A DNA stretch of 64,000 nt from Gammaproteobacteria bacterium (GTDB lineage: Bacteria > Pseudomonadota > Gammaproteobacteria > Eutrophobiales > Eutrophobiaceae), in assembly GCA_965222155.1 (NCBI GenBank), contig CBDCTH010000012.1, positions 2,272,001-2,336,000 of the forward strand, written 5' to 3'. The translations under genes and the position numbers were made by a program. This document shows positions 50,013-58,618 of this stretch, in pieces. The notes below the pieces were generated by a model, which did not search any database, was not told where the DNA came from, and was given only the letters and a program-made list of their open reading frames with translations. Each line of letters opens with the position of its first letter. The stretch's first letter is position 1.

Positions 50013-51230
50013 TTACCAGAGCAGGAATCCGCCGATGGAGAAGATGTCTACGTCTTCATAATCCAGCAAGGTGCTTTCATAATTACCATACTCGGCAATG
50101 ACCTTCAGCCAGGAGTTGACATCATGGTAGACACCGACAGTCCAGAGTTCACTATTAACGTCGGCGATATGTGCAGCATCGCCGCCGTCCTGTGTTGACT
50201 CACCGTAGCCGCCACCTATTTTGGTAGTGCCGTTGAAGGTATAACTGGCCTGGACATAGAAACCGTCATTGTCGGCTTCATTACAACTATTAGCATCACA
50301 TCCGAAACCTAAACCGCCACCTCTGTTGAACAGTAATGGCCCTAATGCTTCGCCATCGTAATAGCTGCCAGTCATACTAAAACCGCTTGCACTGACTGTT
50401 GCGCCAACATTCCAGCCTACGGATTCTATGTCACCCGTGCCACCCGTGCCATCTGCGCCAGAAGCGGTAATTTCCTGTTCCTGCCAGAGGAAACCGGCCC
50501 AACCGCTGAAGCTACCGCCCTCGAAAGCGGAGTTGAAAGTGGCTTCCGCTTGAAACTGAGGAGTATCGGTTTCTGACGTTTCAGTGCCAACGCCTCCACC
50601 CGGCTCCTGCGGGTCAAAGATACCTACCGAAAGTTGAAAACCGTTCATATCCGGAGTCGTATAGGCAAACCGGGTACGGAAATCGGGATAGACGTAACCA
50701 AAGCCGATACGACCCAGACCGGTGCCGCCGCCATCAGGACCTAACTGCACACCCATACCGAACAGGGTAATGTCCTGTAAAATGGCTTGGCGTTGAAACA
50801 ATGCGAGGGTACGACCCACGCTGATGGTGCCGAAATCACCGGAGACATTGAAGAAGACTTCACGCATATCGATGTTCGAACCCGTCCCCAACACGCCGGA
50901 TTTGTTCAAGCGACTGGCCTTCTCGCTGGAAGAGTCCACCGCAAAGGTTATCTGGCCGGTACCCGTCAAGCCGTTAACCTCGGGGGTCTTGACCGTCATA
51001 GTGTGGAAGGAAGGCAACAGACCCTCTTGCAGGTGGGCGCTGTCTTCACTAGAACCATCGGCGAATTCAAAATCGGTCTGGGTATAGAACAGGTTGATAA
51101 AGCCGCCGTAGCTGACTTCCCAACCGTCTGACCCGCCCAGGACTACTGCCGCATTGGTCGGCATGCTGAAAGCAGCTACCAGCGCCAGAGTACTCAGTGC
51201 AGTTGCAAGTTTGGCTGTATATGTTTTCAT
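50013..51230 (-). CDS. Outer membrane porin
   Basis: Signal peptide, GW.VS.GG.IN.F, G.FGTISVGR.L.LF, amphipathic beta strands, C-terminal aromatic residue, AGGAG RBS. Confidence 0.85.
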   Translation of the reverse strand: MKTYTAKLATALSTLALVAAFSMPTNAAVVLGGSDGWEVSYGGFINLFYTQTDFEFADGSSEDSAHLQEGLLPSFHTMTVKTPEVNGLTGTGQITFAVDSSSEKASRLNKSGVLGTGSNIDMREVFFNVSGDFGTISVGRTLALFQRQAILQDITLFGMGVQLGPDGGGTGLGRIGFGYVYPDFRTRFAYTTPDMNGFQLSVGIFDPQEPGGGVGTETSETDTPQFQAEATFNSAFEGGSFSGWAGFLWQEQEITASGADGTGGTGDIESVGWNVGATVSASGFSMTGSYYDGEALGPLLFNRGGGLGFGCDANSCNEADNDGFYVQASYTFNGTTKIGGGYGESTQDGGDAAHIADVNSELWTVGVYHDVNSWLKVIAEYGNYESTLLDYEDVDIFSIGGFLLW

Positions 51231-51558
51231 TATTCTCCTCCTCAGGAAAGGTAATAAACTAAAAGATACTTCGATTTCAATTATTAAAATTCTTTGTCCC
51301 GGTTCCCAAGATCAACCTATTGGTATAAGGATATTGCATGATTGAAGAAATTGCAACATATTAAAGGCAATAATACAACACTTTTTTACATTTTTTTCTA
51401 TTATTTATCATAAAGTTGTTTCTTTTATGCAACATCATTCCTGTCAAGCTAATACTGGTGGTGAAAATAGCGATAAATTCCGCCGCCATGAATTCATTCT
51501 CTGTATATAGAGCACAAGTATATAACGTATTTATCCCGTGTTAAAACCATATTCAGGC

Positions 51559-51864
51559 TCACCCTCCCCCTTTCTGGTATGCCAGGTCGAAGCGGGAGAG
51601 GAAAGATGCTCGTTCGGACGCGCTGAAACCGCTGAACTCGATGGTGACTTCAGTCACGGGAAATTCCAGGATGGCGAGTTTTCTGATGGCCTCGGGAGCC
51701 AGGGTAATTTTCACCAAGCCGGTACAAGTGGTGATATTGACCTGGTTTTCCTGCCGGGAAACGGCGGCATTATTAACTGCCCTGGGCAGCAGGCGGAAAA
51801 ATTCCTTGTGGGTAATGCTCATTTCCCGGATCAGGCAGTTATCAAGTGGTGGAGCAGTATTCAC
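51559..51864 (-). CDS. AorE-like hypothetical protein, copy 1
   Basis: 101 aa (REMSITHKEFFRLLPRA...FDLAYQKGGG); one residue differs from 56336-56641. Confidence 0.75.
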   Translation of the reverse strand: MNTAPPLDNCLIREMSITHKEFFRLLPRAVNNAAVSRQENQVNITTCTGLVKITLAPEAIRKLAILEFPVTEVTIEFSGFSASERASFLSRFDLAYQKGGG

Positions 51865-51958
51865 GACTATATCGTTCAGGTTGATAGATGCGCCAGATGG
51901 GGGACTGCCAGAAGGGGACAGATTTAAATCTGTCCCCTTTTATCATGTTTTATCCAGC

Positions 51959-52210
51959 TCACCCACCCGCTACCGGCGGCCATATTGCCAGGGTGTCTCC
52001 GTCATTGAATACGGACTTGTTGCGGTCCTCAGGTTTGATATATACACCGTTCAACAGCACCAGGTGAGCCATTTCCCTCGGCACCTTGTACCTGTCGATG
52101 ACTTCATAAGCGGTATTGTGTTCGGCTATCTCTATGATGAGTTTATTATCCTTGGCATCAGGGGGAAGGTAGTCCGTTAAACCGGCGTAGAGTTTGAGTA
52201 TCAGCTTCAT
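51959..52210 (-). CDS. MoaD/ThiS-family sulfur carrier (AorD-like), copy 1
   Basis: LKLYA.L.DYLP, HLVLLNG.YI, DGD.LAIWPPVAGG. Confidence 0.9.
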   Translation of the reverse strand: MKLILKLYAGLTDYLPPDAKDNKLIIEIAEHNTAYEVIDRYKVPREMAHLVLLNGVYIKPEDRNKSVFNDGDTLAIWPPVAGG

Positions 52211-52347
52211 GATGAGGTGTCGCTGCGCGACGGGTTATTTGACTGGATTCCGGCCTGCGCCGGAATGACGGCGTGAGACGGCTGGGGCCTGTGCCGGAAT
52301 AGTTGTGCGGGGATATGCGCCGGAATGACGGCGTTGGGGCTTACGCC

Positions 52348-52581
52348 TCCGACAGTACCGCACTCACTGTCAAAAACAGACTGTCCAACAACGCCTGTTT
52401 CACATTGATATCACGACGCGGGTCGTCAATCGTGGCCACATGCCAGTAAACTCATGGTTTTCTCCTCATGTTGGGGGTAATACTGCTATGATCCCCACAA
52501 AATTCATGAGTTCACCGCTTGTTCATAACTTATTGGACTAAAAAACTATATCCTTATGACAAAAAGTATGATCTTGCCCTG
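52348..52581 (-). mobile_element. ISAs1-family left-end remnant
   Basis: Terminal CAGGGCAAGATCAT (52581-52568); GAGGAG RBS with ATG at 52455; frameshifted N-terminus MSLL..VATIDDPRRDINVKQALLDSLFLTVSAVLS typical of ISAs1 transposases; truncated at ~52348. Confidence 0.7.
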
Positions 52582-52630
52582 GTGTCAGCCCAAAGCAGAA
52601 TAGCATGCCTATGCGGTTACAGAATTTCTT

Positions 52631-52927
52631 TCATAGCTTTCTGTCCATTCGGCCATGACGGACATGGAGTACTTCGACAACATCGTCGCTGATACGATAC
52701 AAAGCACGGTAATCGCCGATTATCAAGTGGCGTATTCCCTGCTGTATGTCAGTGTCTTCCGGGGCTATTGGGCAGCGCTCCGCCAATATTTCCAGCTTCT
52801 CTATCGCTTCAATGGTTTGGAGATACCAATTCAGAGCATTTTGCGGAGAATCCTCGGCTATCTGCCGATAACGAGTATCCAGGTCGTTTGCAGCCGTCGG
52901 TTTGATCCTGATACGGTATTGTTTCAA
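52631..52927 (-). CDS. RelE/ParE family toxin
   Basis: YRIRI.PTA..DL...Y..IA.DSP.NA..W, L....ERCP.APE, IR.L..G.YR.LY.I....VEVLHVRHG. Confidence 0.9.
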   Translation of the reverse strand: MKQYRIRIKPTAANDLDTRYRQIAEDSPQNALNWYLQTIEAIEKLEILAERCPIAPEDTDIQQGIRHLIIGDYRALYRISDDVVEVLHVRHGRMDRKL

Positions 52928-53199
52928 CGGGTAATACCGTGTTTGGTTTCAAACTCTTTGGTGAACTCATCTAATGGCTTACCCTGTTCTGACAATGCCT
53001 GACGGATATTTTGAATGCTTTCCGCATAGTTGGCTAACTCAGCCATTTTTTCGTAGGTTTCCGCATCCTGGATGACAAGAGCGGCCTTGCCGTCTACGGT
53101 CAAAATCTCCGGACGCTTACTTTCCGCTAATCGTTTTATATGTTCAGCGGGTTTACGACTGAATTCAGTCACCGTATGTATATCTGAGCTTTGAAACAT
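52924..53199 (-). CDS. Phd/YefM family antitoxin
   Basis: I..VTEFSRKP...IKRL..SKRP.ILTVDGKA.LVIQDA..YE; overlaps the toxin start. Confidence 0.88.
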   Translation of the reverse strand: MFQSSDIHTVTEFSRKPAEHIKRLAESKRPEILTVDGKAALVIQDAETYEKMAELANYAESIQNIRQALSEQGKPLDEFTKEFETKHGITR

Positions 53200-53276
53200 C
53201 GCTTTACCTCCAAAAACAGAAAATAATCATATTATTATCTGTTTTAATTTGTTTTCTCAGTTTTGGCAAGCGATAT

Positions 53277-54401
53277 AAGGCCATTGCTTTGGTGGCTGCG
53301 GGACGGGATGCTCTGGCAGAATTATTGGGTGAGCCCATGAGCTGGATTCAGGTCGGCGAGGAATCCTGTCAGATAGACGCGGATCTCCAGACAGCAGGAG
53401 GTGAGGATAGACAGATGTTTCTGCGGATAGAAGAAAAAGATAGCGTCAGCAGGGTGTTGGATCGCGCCAGGAAATCCCTGACAGAATTGGACGAAGCACC
53501 GGAATACACGAATCGCAATTATTTTGTACTGGCGTATGGAGCGTCTCGCAGATTGAACGTCAGACGAGGGCGTCGCGACAAGGGGGGTGGCTATAGACAT
53601 CCACGCGCCCTTGATGTAGCCACACTGTTTAATCCGGATGAGACACTCATTCCAATCGAATCGTGGGCAATGGATATGGACTATAAGGGAAACCAGGATG
53701 CAATGTGTGCGATTAAAAAGGTGACGTCCGAATTTTTGCGAGGTGTAACGTTTTCAAGGATTGACAAGGACGAGGGAAGCTTGATGTTCAAGACGCCGCA
53801 GGGCGATGTTCCGATGAGCCAGTTGAGTGATGGATACCAGAGTGTAGCCAGCTGGGTCGGAGATCTGGTGTGTCGGATTACCGAAGTCTTTGGGAACTAC
53901 AGAGCTCCATTGAGAGCACGCGGTTTACTACTGATTGATGAAGTAGATCTTCACCTGCATCCCGCCTGGCAACGAGAGTTGCTGGATTTCCTGTGTCGTA
54001 AACTGCCTAATTTTCAGGTTGTAGCAACCACCCACTCTCCTTTTACAGCACAACAAGCCAACAGAAATGAACTTCACTACATACAGAAGCGGGGTAAGTC
54101 GCTCGAACTGTACCAATATACTGGCAATCCAAAGTATCTGTTACTGCACCAATTAGTGATGTTTGATGTTTTTGGCCTGAAAACAGACGAATCCCTCGTA
54201 CAGGAAAAGAGGAAGGCTCACTATGAAAAACTTCGTGATACTAAAAACCTCACGGAACAGCAGAAAAGAGAGCTGGATAAACTGGTAGAAGAGTTGTCAA
54301 CGGCCCCGCAAATCTTGCGCTCCAACATGTTGATGTCCGAGGAACATCTTGACCTTCTGAAAACCATCCAGCAAAAACTGGCGAAAGCACGCAAGTCATG
54401 A
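53277..54401 (+). pseudogene. ABC-type ATPase (PtuA/Septu- or retron-Ec78-effector-like), 5'-truncated
   Basis: LAYGASR, signature LSDGY, Walker B LLIDEVDLHLHPAWQR, TTHSPF. The frame begins KAIALVAAG, just after the expected but missing Walker A. Confidence 0.75.
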
Positions 54402-54452
54402 TCCGACTCAAACGAGTCCGGAAGGAATCGGCTATCTACAAAAATTTTCAGA
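54398..54452 (+). pseudogene. N-terminal stub of the partner (probably HNH nuclease) gene
   Basis: ATGA overlap with the ATPase stop; MIRLKRVRKESAIYKNF is followed by a collision with an opposite-strand gene fragment. Confidence 0.45.
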
Positions 54453-54581
54453 AGACCGGAACCGTTCCCCAATCAGTTCTTCCAACCCGTCTATGCGCTG
54501 GTCATGCCTTTGACCCTGACGCCACATCAAACCTGACAAGCCAATACCAAAAGTAAAAATAGCAATTAATTCAGGTGTCAT
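54432..54581 (-). pseudogene. Truncated small TM plus coiled-coil protein
   Basis: MTPELIAIFTFGIGLSGLMWRQ..R.DQRIDGLEE; same architecture class as 45104-45469; C-terminus reads into the stub at 54398-54452. Confidence 0.5.
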
Positions 54582-54867
54582 AGGTTTATATCCTGGTACT
54601 TCAATACTAATTTGGCCTCGTTGAACCTTTTTTATACCAGTTGTTAGCTCAAAACAGAATAGTGTATACATGCGATTCGGAGTTTCTTTTAGGGTGTAAA
54701 TTCAGATAATAAGTGTAAGACCCGAAGAAGCGAGTGAACTGGTATATTTTACGGTTTGGCAAGAGAAAGTTGGCAAATCAGCAACATAGAAAGTTTGATT
54801 CTTGAGGACTTTTGTATATAATTCCCAATGAGTTTTATAGGACTGTATTGTACTCGAAATTGATCTC

Positions 54868-55657
54868 TTGAAGGAAACTTATTTGGCTGCTAGAACTAAT
54901 ATAGATAGCCTCTCTATTGCTGAGGTGGGTGTATTGCGAAGTGTCTATTCACGCGCTCAGAGTCTCCAAGATGATCGCGGATATAATTACTTTGCTGGTG
55001 TGCATGGATTACCGCTTCCTATTCAATGTGAGCATGGTTCACTCCTAATTTTTGCCTTGGCATCGGGCATATCTTTATTTTTTTGAGTTGGCGTTACAAG
55101 ATTTGGAACCAAATGTCAGCGTGCCGTGGTGGGATTGGACATCTGCAACTTCTCATCAAAAGGGACTTCCAGCTATTTATTCAACGTCTCGAGAAGAAGG
55201 AAACACAAACCCTCTTTTTGCGACAACGGTCAACTGGTCACGCCAAGAGATACAGTGAGTGATTCAAGTTGTTCCGGACACTCTTACCAAAAACGGACGC
55301 ACACAACGAAAACCAGATATTCCAGGCGAGCTTCCACGCCGAAAAACAATTGAGGATATTTTGGATGCGCCAACATTTGAAGACTTTTCACTTCGCTTGG
55401 AGAACGTGCATAACGCTGTGCATCTTTGGGTAGGTGGTGCAATGTCGCAAGTGCCGACGGCGGCGTATGACCCCATATTTTGGTCCCATCATTCCATGAT
55501 TGACCGATTATGGTACTTATGGCAATTACGCCACCCAGGACTTGATCCGCCAATCGAGTTGTTGGGAACGGTTTTGACGCCTTTCCCGATAACAGTCGCC
55601 CAAACTCTCAATATCGAGTCTCTAGGCTATGAATATGCTGTGCAGATAATAATGTAG
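54868..55657 (+). pseudogene. Tyrosinase (type-3 copper protein), disrupted
   Basis: CuA region FAGVHG...CEHGSLL-FLPWHRAYL..FE.AL, PWWDW; CuB ENVHNAVHLWVGG.M, AAYDPIFWSHHSMIDRLW. One extra A at 55047-55048 and an in-frame TGA at 55256-55258. Confidence 0.88.
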
Positions 55658-55669
55658 GAGGATTATCAG

Positions 55670-56179
55670 ATGGCGCTTTCTCAAAATCAGATGCAAGAAA
55701 AAAATAGTGTTGAGGGAACATGCAACGAGTTGCTTTTTCGACCGAGTGATAACGAAAAAAATCAGTTTCGTCGAGCTGATCTCATTTTCACGAATGTTGA
55801 TCATAGCGGTTTGTCTTATGAAGTCCGGGTTTACTTAAATAACCAAAGTGCAAATAAATCAACGCCGCGTTCGGCAGAAGAAGGGTATGCGGGACGCTAC
55901 ATTATTTTTGGTCACGGTGGTTGTTTCGGGGAAACAGGTCACTGCGCGGTTCCAACTGACCCCAAGGCAACGAATGATTTACGTCCTGTACATCCTCTCA
56001 CGCCGCAAAAAAAGATCGTGACTATTACGCATACACTTAAACATATTCTTGATGAAAGTCCAGATGGGCTTGAAACCGTAACATTGGTTCCAGTCGTTGA
56101 AACAGAATCGCAAGAAGATCAAGAAGTTTACATTGAACGAGTTAAGTCCAGCAAAACAGAACTACGCATCTACGACTGA
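55670..56179 (+). CDS. Tyrosinase-associated protein (polyphenol-oxidase C-terminal-domain-like)
   Basis: RADL.F..VDHSG.SYEVRVYLNN..A...TP.....YAG...IFGHGGCFG..GHC; AGGAGG RBS; directly after the tyrosinase. Confidence 0.7.
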   Translation: MALSQNQMQEKNSVEGTCNELLFRPSDNEKNQFRRADLIFTNVDHSGLSYEVRVYLNNQSANKSTPRSAEEGYAGRYIIFGHGGCFGETGHCAVPTDPKATNDLRPVHPLTPQKKIVTITHTLKHILDESPDGLETVTLVPVVETESQEDQEVYIERVKSSKTELRIYD

Positions 56180-56227
56180 ACACTCTACTGCCTGAGGCGG
56201 CGGCTTTAAGTTACGGCTAAAAGCCGG
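56177..56227. mobile_element. Possible IS200/IS605-type end hairpins
   Basis: CTACTGCCTGAGGCGGCGG and CGGCTAAAAGCCG tandem hairpins; family assignment by recall only. Confidence 0.3.
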
Positions 56228-56285
56228 ATTACGGAAGGTTTGCCAGATAGAGTGTTTTTCAACATGGAATAAGCCTGACTCTGGT

Positions 56286-56335
56286 ATGCTGACCCTTGTT
56301 CGGTCTTCGCAGTTCAAACGCGACATAACTCGAAT
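56286..56335 (+). pseudogene. YafQ-like toxin N-terminal stub
   Basis: MLTLVRSSQFKRDI matches the YafQ N-terminal pattern and is cut at the edge of the duplicated segment. Confidence 0.55.
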
Positions 56336-56641
56336 TCACCCTCCCCCTTTCTGGTATGCCAGGTCGAAGCGGGAGAGGAAAGCCGCGCGTTCGGACGCGC
56401 TGAAACCGCTGAACTCGATGGTGACTTCAGTCACGGGAAATTCCAGGATGGCGAGTTTTCTGATGGCCTCGGGAGCCAGGGTAATTTTCACCAGGCCGGT
56501 ACAAGTGGTGATATTGACCTGGTTTTCCTGCCGGGAAACGGCGGCATTATTAACTGCCCTGGGCAGCAGGCGGAAAAATTCCTTGTGGGTAATGCTCATT
56601 TCCCGGATCAGGCAGTTATCAAGTGGTGGAGCAGTATTCAC
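56336..56641 (-). CDS. AorE-like hypothetical protein, copy 2
   Basis: Fifth gene of the aor operon; 101 aa ending QKGGG. Confidence 0.75.
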   Translation of the reverse strand: MNTAPPLDNCLIREMSITHKEFFRLLPRAVNNAAVSRQENQVNITTCTGLVKITLAPEAIRKLAILEFPVTEVTIEFSGFSASERAAFLSRFDLAYQKGGG

Positions 56642-56735
56642 GACTATATCGTTCAGGTTGATAGATGCGCCAGATGGGGGACTGCCAGAAGGGGACAGAT
56701 TTAAATCTGTCCCCTTTTATCATGTTTTATCCGGC

Positions 56736-56987
56736 TCACCCACCCGCTACCGGCGGCCATATTGCCAGGGTGTCTCCGTCATTGAATACGGACTTGTTGC
56801 GGTCCTCAGGTTTGATATATACACCGTTCAACAGCACCAGGTGAGCCATTTCTCTCGGCACCTTGTACCTGTCGATGACTTCATAAGCGGTATTGTGTTC
56901 GGCTATCTCTATGATGAGTTTATTATCCTTGGCATCAGGGGGAAGGTAGTCCGTTAAACCGGCGTAGAGTTTGAGTATCAGCTTCAT
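56736..56987 (-). CDS. MoaD/ThiS-family sulfur carrier (AorD-like), copy 2
   Basis: Identical protein to 51959-52210; C-terminal GG. Confidence 0.9.
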   Translation of the reverse strand: MKLILKLYAGLTDYLPPDAKDNKLIIEIAEHNTAYEVIDRYKVPREMAHLVLLNGVYIKPEDRNKSVFNDGDTLAIWPPVAGG

Positions 56988-57168
56988 GATGAGGTGTCGC
57001 TGCGCGACGGGTTATTTGACTGGATTCCGGCCTGCGCCGGAATGACGGCGTTGGGGCTTACGCCGGAAGGACGGCGTTGGGGCTTGTGCCGGAATAGTTG
57101 CGCGGGGATATGCGCCGGTATAACGGCAGGGCCGTGCGCGGCGAAGATGGTACAGCCGGCTGAACTAC

Positions 57169-58434
57169 TCAAAGCAGTGCGGCGTTGTGGCCGATTGACT
57201 GGGTTGCGCCGAGGTAGGCTTCCATAATCCTGGTGGGGTCGCTCAGCAGGTGTTCCTTCCACTTGCCCAGCTTCAGCTTTGTCTGTATCAGGCCGCGCAA
57301 AACGCCGACGTGATTAGTCAGTCCCAACGCCTGGGCGCCTACCAGGATGTCATTCTGAAACTGCAGGCTGATATAGCGGTATCTTTCCGCATCCACCAGT
57401 TCAACGGATTCGCCGCCGTCAACACCCATCCATAGACCATAAGAGGTGGAAACCAGTCCCATGGTATCCAGCACGTTCATATTGACACTGCCCTGGTGGC
57501 GGGTATCCCGGCCGGACATGTTCATTGCGGCTATCCTGCCGTGGTCCGCGGCCGTGGGCTGGATCGCCTGTACGCTGTACTCCGAAGTGGAAAAATCCTT
57601 GCCCTGGCACACGTCGCCGGCAGCATACACATCGGGGTGGCTGCTTTGCAGGCGATCATTCACCAGCACGCCGAAGCCTGTCTCAATCCCGCTGCCTTCC
57701 AGAAACTGAATATTGGCCCGCACACCGGTGGCGGAAATCACCACGTCGGCGTCCAGCGTATCACCGTTGTCAAGCCGTACCGACAACCTTCCGGCGCCTT
57801 CTCGCTCAATTGCTTCAACCCGGGTCGAGGTCAACACGTTGATGCCCTTGGCCAGACACCATTGTTTTATCAGGTTCCCGGCGGTCTGGTTCATCATACG
57901 CGGGACCATGCGGTCTTCCATTTCGACCACCGTCAGGTTTACTCCGCGCTCTGCCAGCGCCTCCAGGATAATGCAACCGATGAAGCCCGCTCCCATCAGG
58001 ATAACGTCGGATCCCTCAACGGCATTCTGCGCGATATTTCTGCCGTCCTCCAGGGTCCAGCAGGAAAGAACACCGGGCAAATCCAGTCCAGGGATGGGGG
58101 GACGGATAGGATGAGAACCTGTGGCAATCAATAACTTATCGAAGTTGACCGTAGTCCCGTCTTCCAGTCCCAGGGTGTGGGCGCCGGGGTTCACCGACTC
58201 TACCCGGCCCTGGACCATATCAATATTACTGTCCGCATAATGCGTTGCAGACTTGCGCAGGTAAGTGCCGTCTTCATCAATATTATTAATGAGGTAGTAC
58301 GGCAATGCCATGCGGGAATACGGCGGCTCTGTTTCGTCGCCTATGAGTTTTATCGAACAGGAGGCATCGTTTTTTCTGAGTGTCTCCGCTGCGATGACGC
58401 CGGCAGGCCCGGCCCCGATAATGACGTGTTGCAT
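57169..58434 (-). CDS. FAD/NAD-dependent oxidoreductase subunit (AorC-like)
   Basis: VIIGAGPAG, PPYSR..LP, LLIATGS.P, GAGFIG, VYAAGDV; directly downstream of the AOR gene. Confidence 0.88.
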   Translation of the reverse strand: MQHVIIGAGPAGVIAAETLRKNDASCSIKLIGDETEPPYSRMALPYYLINNIDEDGTYLRKSATHYADSNIDMVQGRVESVNPGAHTLGLEDGTTVNFDKLLIATGSHPIRPPIPGLDLPGVLSCWTLEDGRNIAQNAVEGSDVILMGAGFIGCIILEALAERGVNLTVVEMEDRMVPRMMNQTAGNLIKQWCLAKGINVLTSTRVEAIEREGAGRLSVRLDNGDTLDADVVISATGVRANIQFLEGSGIETGFGVLVNDRLQSSHPDVYAAGDVCQGKDFSTSEYSVQAIQPTAADHGRIAAMNMSGRDTRHQGSVNMNVLDTMGLVSTSYGLWMGVDGGESVELVDAERYRYISLQFQNDILVGAQALGLTNHVGVLRGLIQTKLKLGKWKEHLLSDPTRIMEAYLGATQSIGHNAALL

Positions 58435-58479
58435 GTTTAGTCTCTTTTTATAAGGAATGACTTCGTCATGGTTGTTTCA

Positions 58480-58610
58480 CTGGATTCCTGCTTTCGCAGG
58501 AATGACGAGCTTTTGCCGGAATGACGGGCCTGTCCAGGGGACGGACTTAAGTCCGTCCCCGGCGTCCCCGAGCTTACGCCGGAGTGACAGACTATCGCCG
58601 ACATGACGGG
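58480..58610. repeat. REP-like palindrome followed by degenerate end copies and an inserted GGGGACGGACTTAAGTCCGTCCCC palindrome
   Basis: CTGGATTCCTGCTTTCGCAGGAATGACG, then GCCGGAATGACG, GCCGGAGTGACA and GCCGACATGACG with different spacers. Confidence 0.75.
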
Positions 58611-58618
58611 GCACTCAG

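Larger units (their letters stand above)
51559..52274 (-). repeat. 716-bp duplication of aorE-aorD, copy 1
   Basis: Matches 56336-57051 at offset 4777 with only a few substitutions. Confidence 0.95.
56336..57051 (-). repeat. 716-bp duplication of aorE-aorD, copy 2 (native operon position)
   Basis: Matches 51559-52274. Confidence 0.95.

Noticed and set aside
55256-55258. Selenocysteine recoding of the in-frame TGA in the tyrosinase
   Set aside because: It lies in a variable linker rather than a conserved Cys position, no SECIS-like hairpin is evident, and the gene has a second independent lesion.
42900-56335. Integron cassette array explaining the TA genes
   Set aside because: No intI, no RYYYAAC...GTTRRRY attC structures recognised after the genes, and mixed gene orientations.
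56286-56957. 223-aa plus-strand ORF (and 51641-52180) as a gene
   Set aside because: It is the antisense shadow of aorE-aorD; only its first ~14 codons look genuine (yafQ stub).
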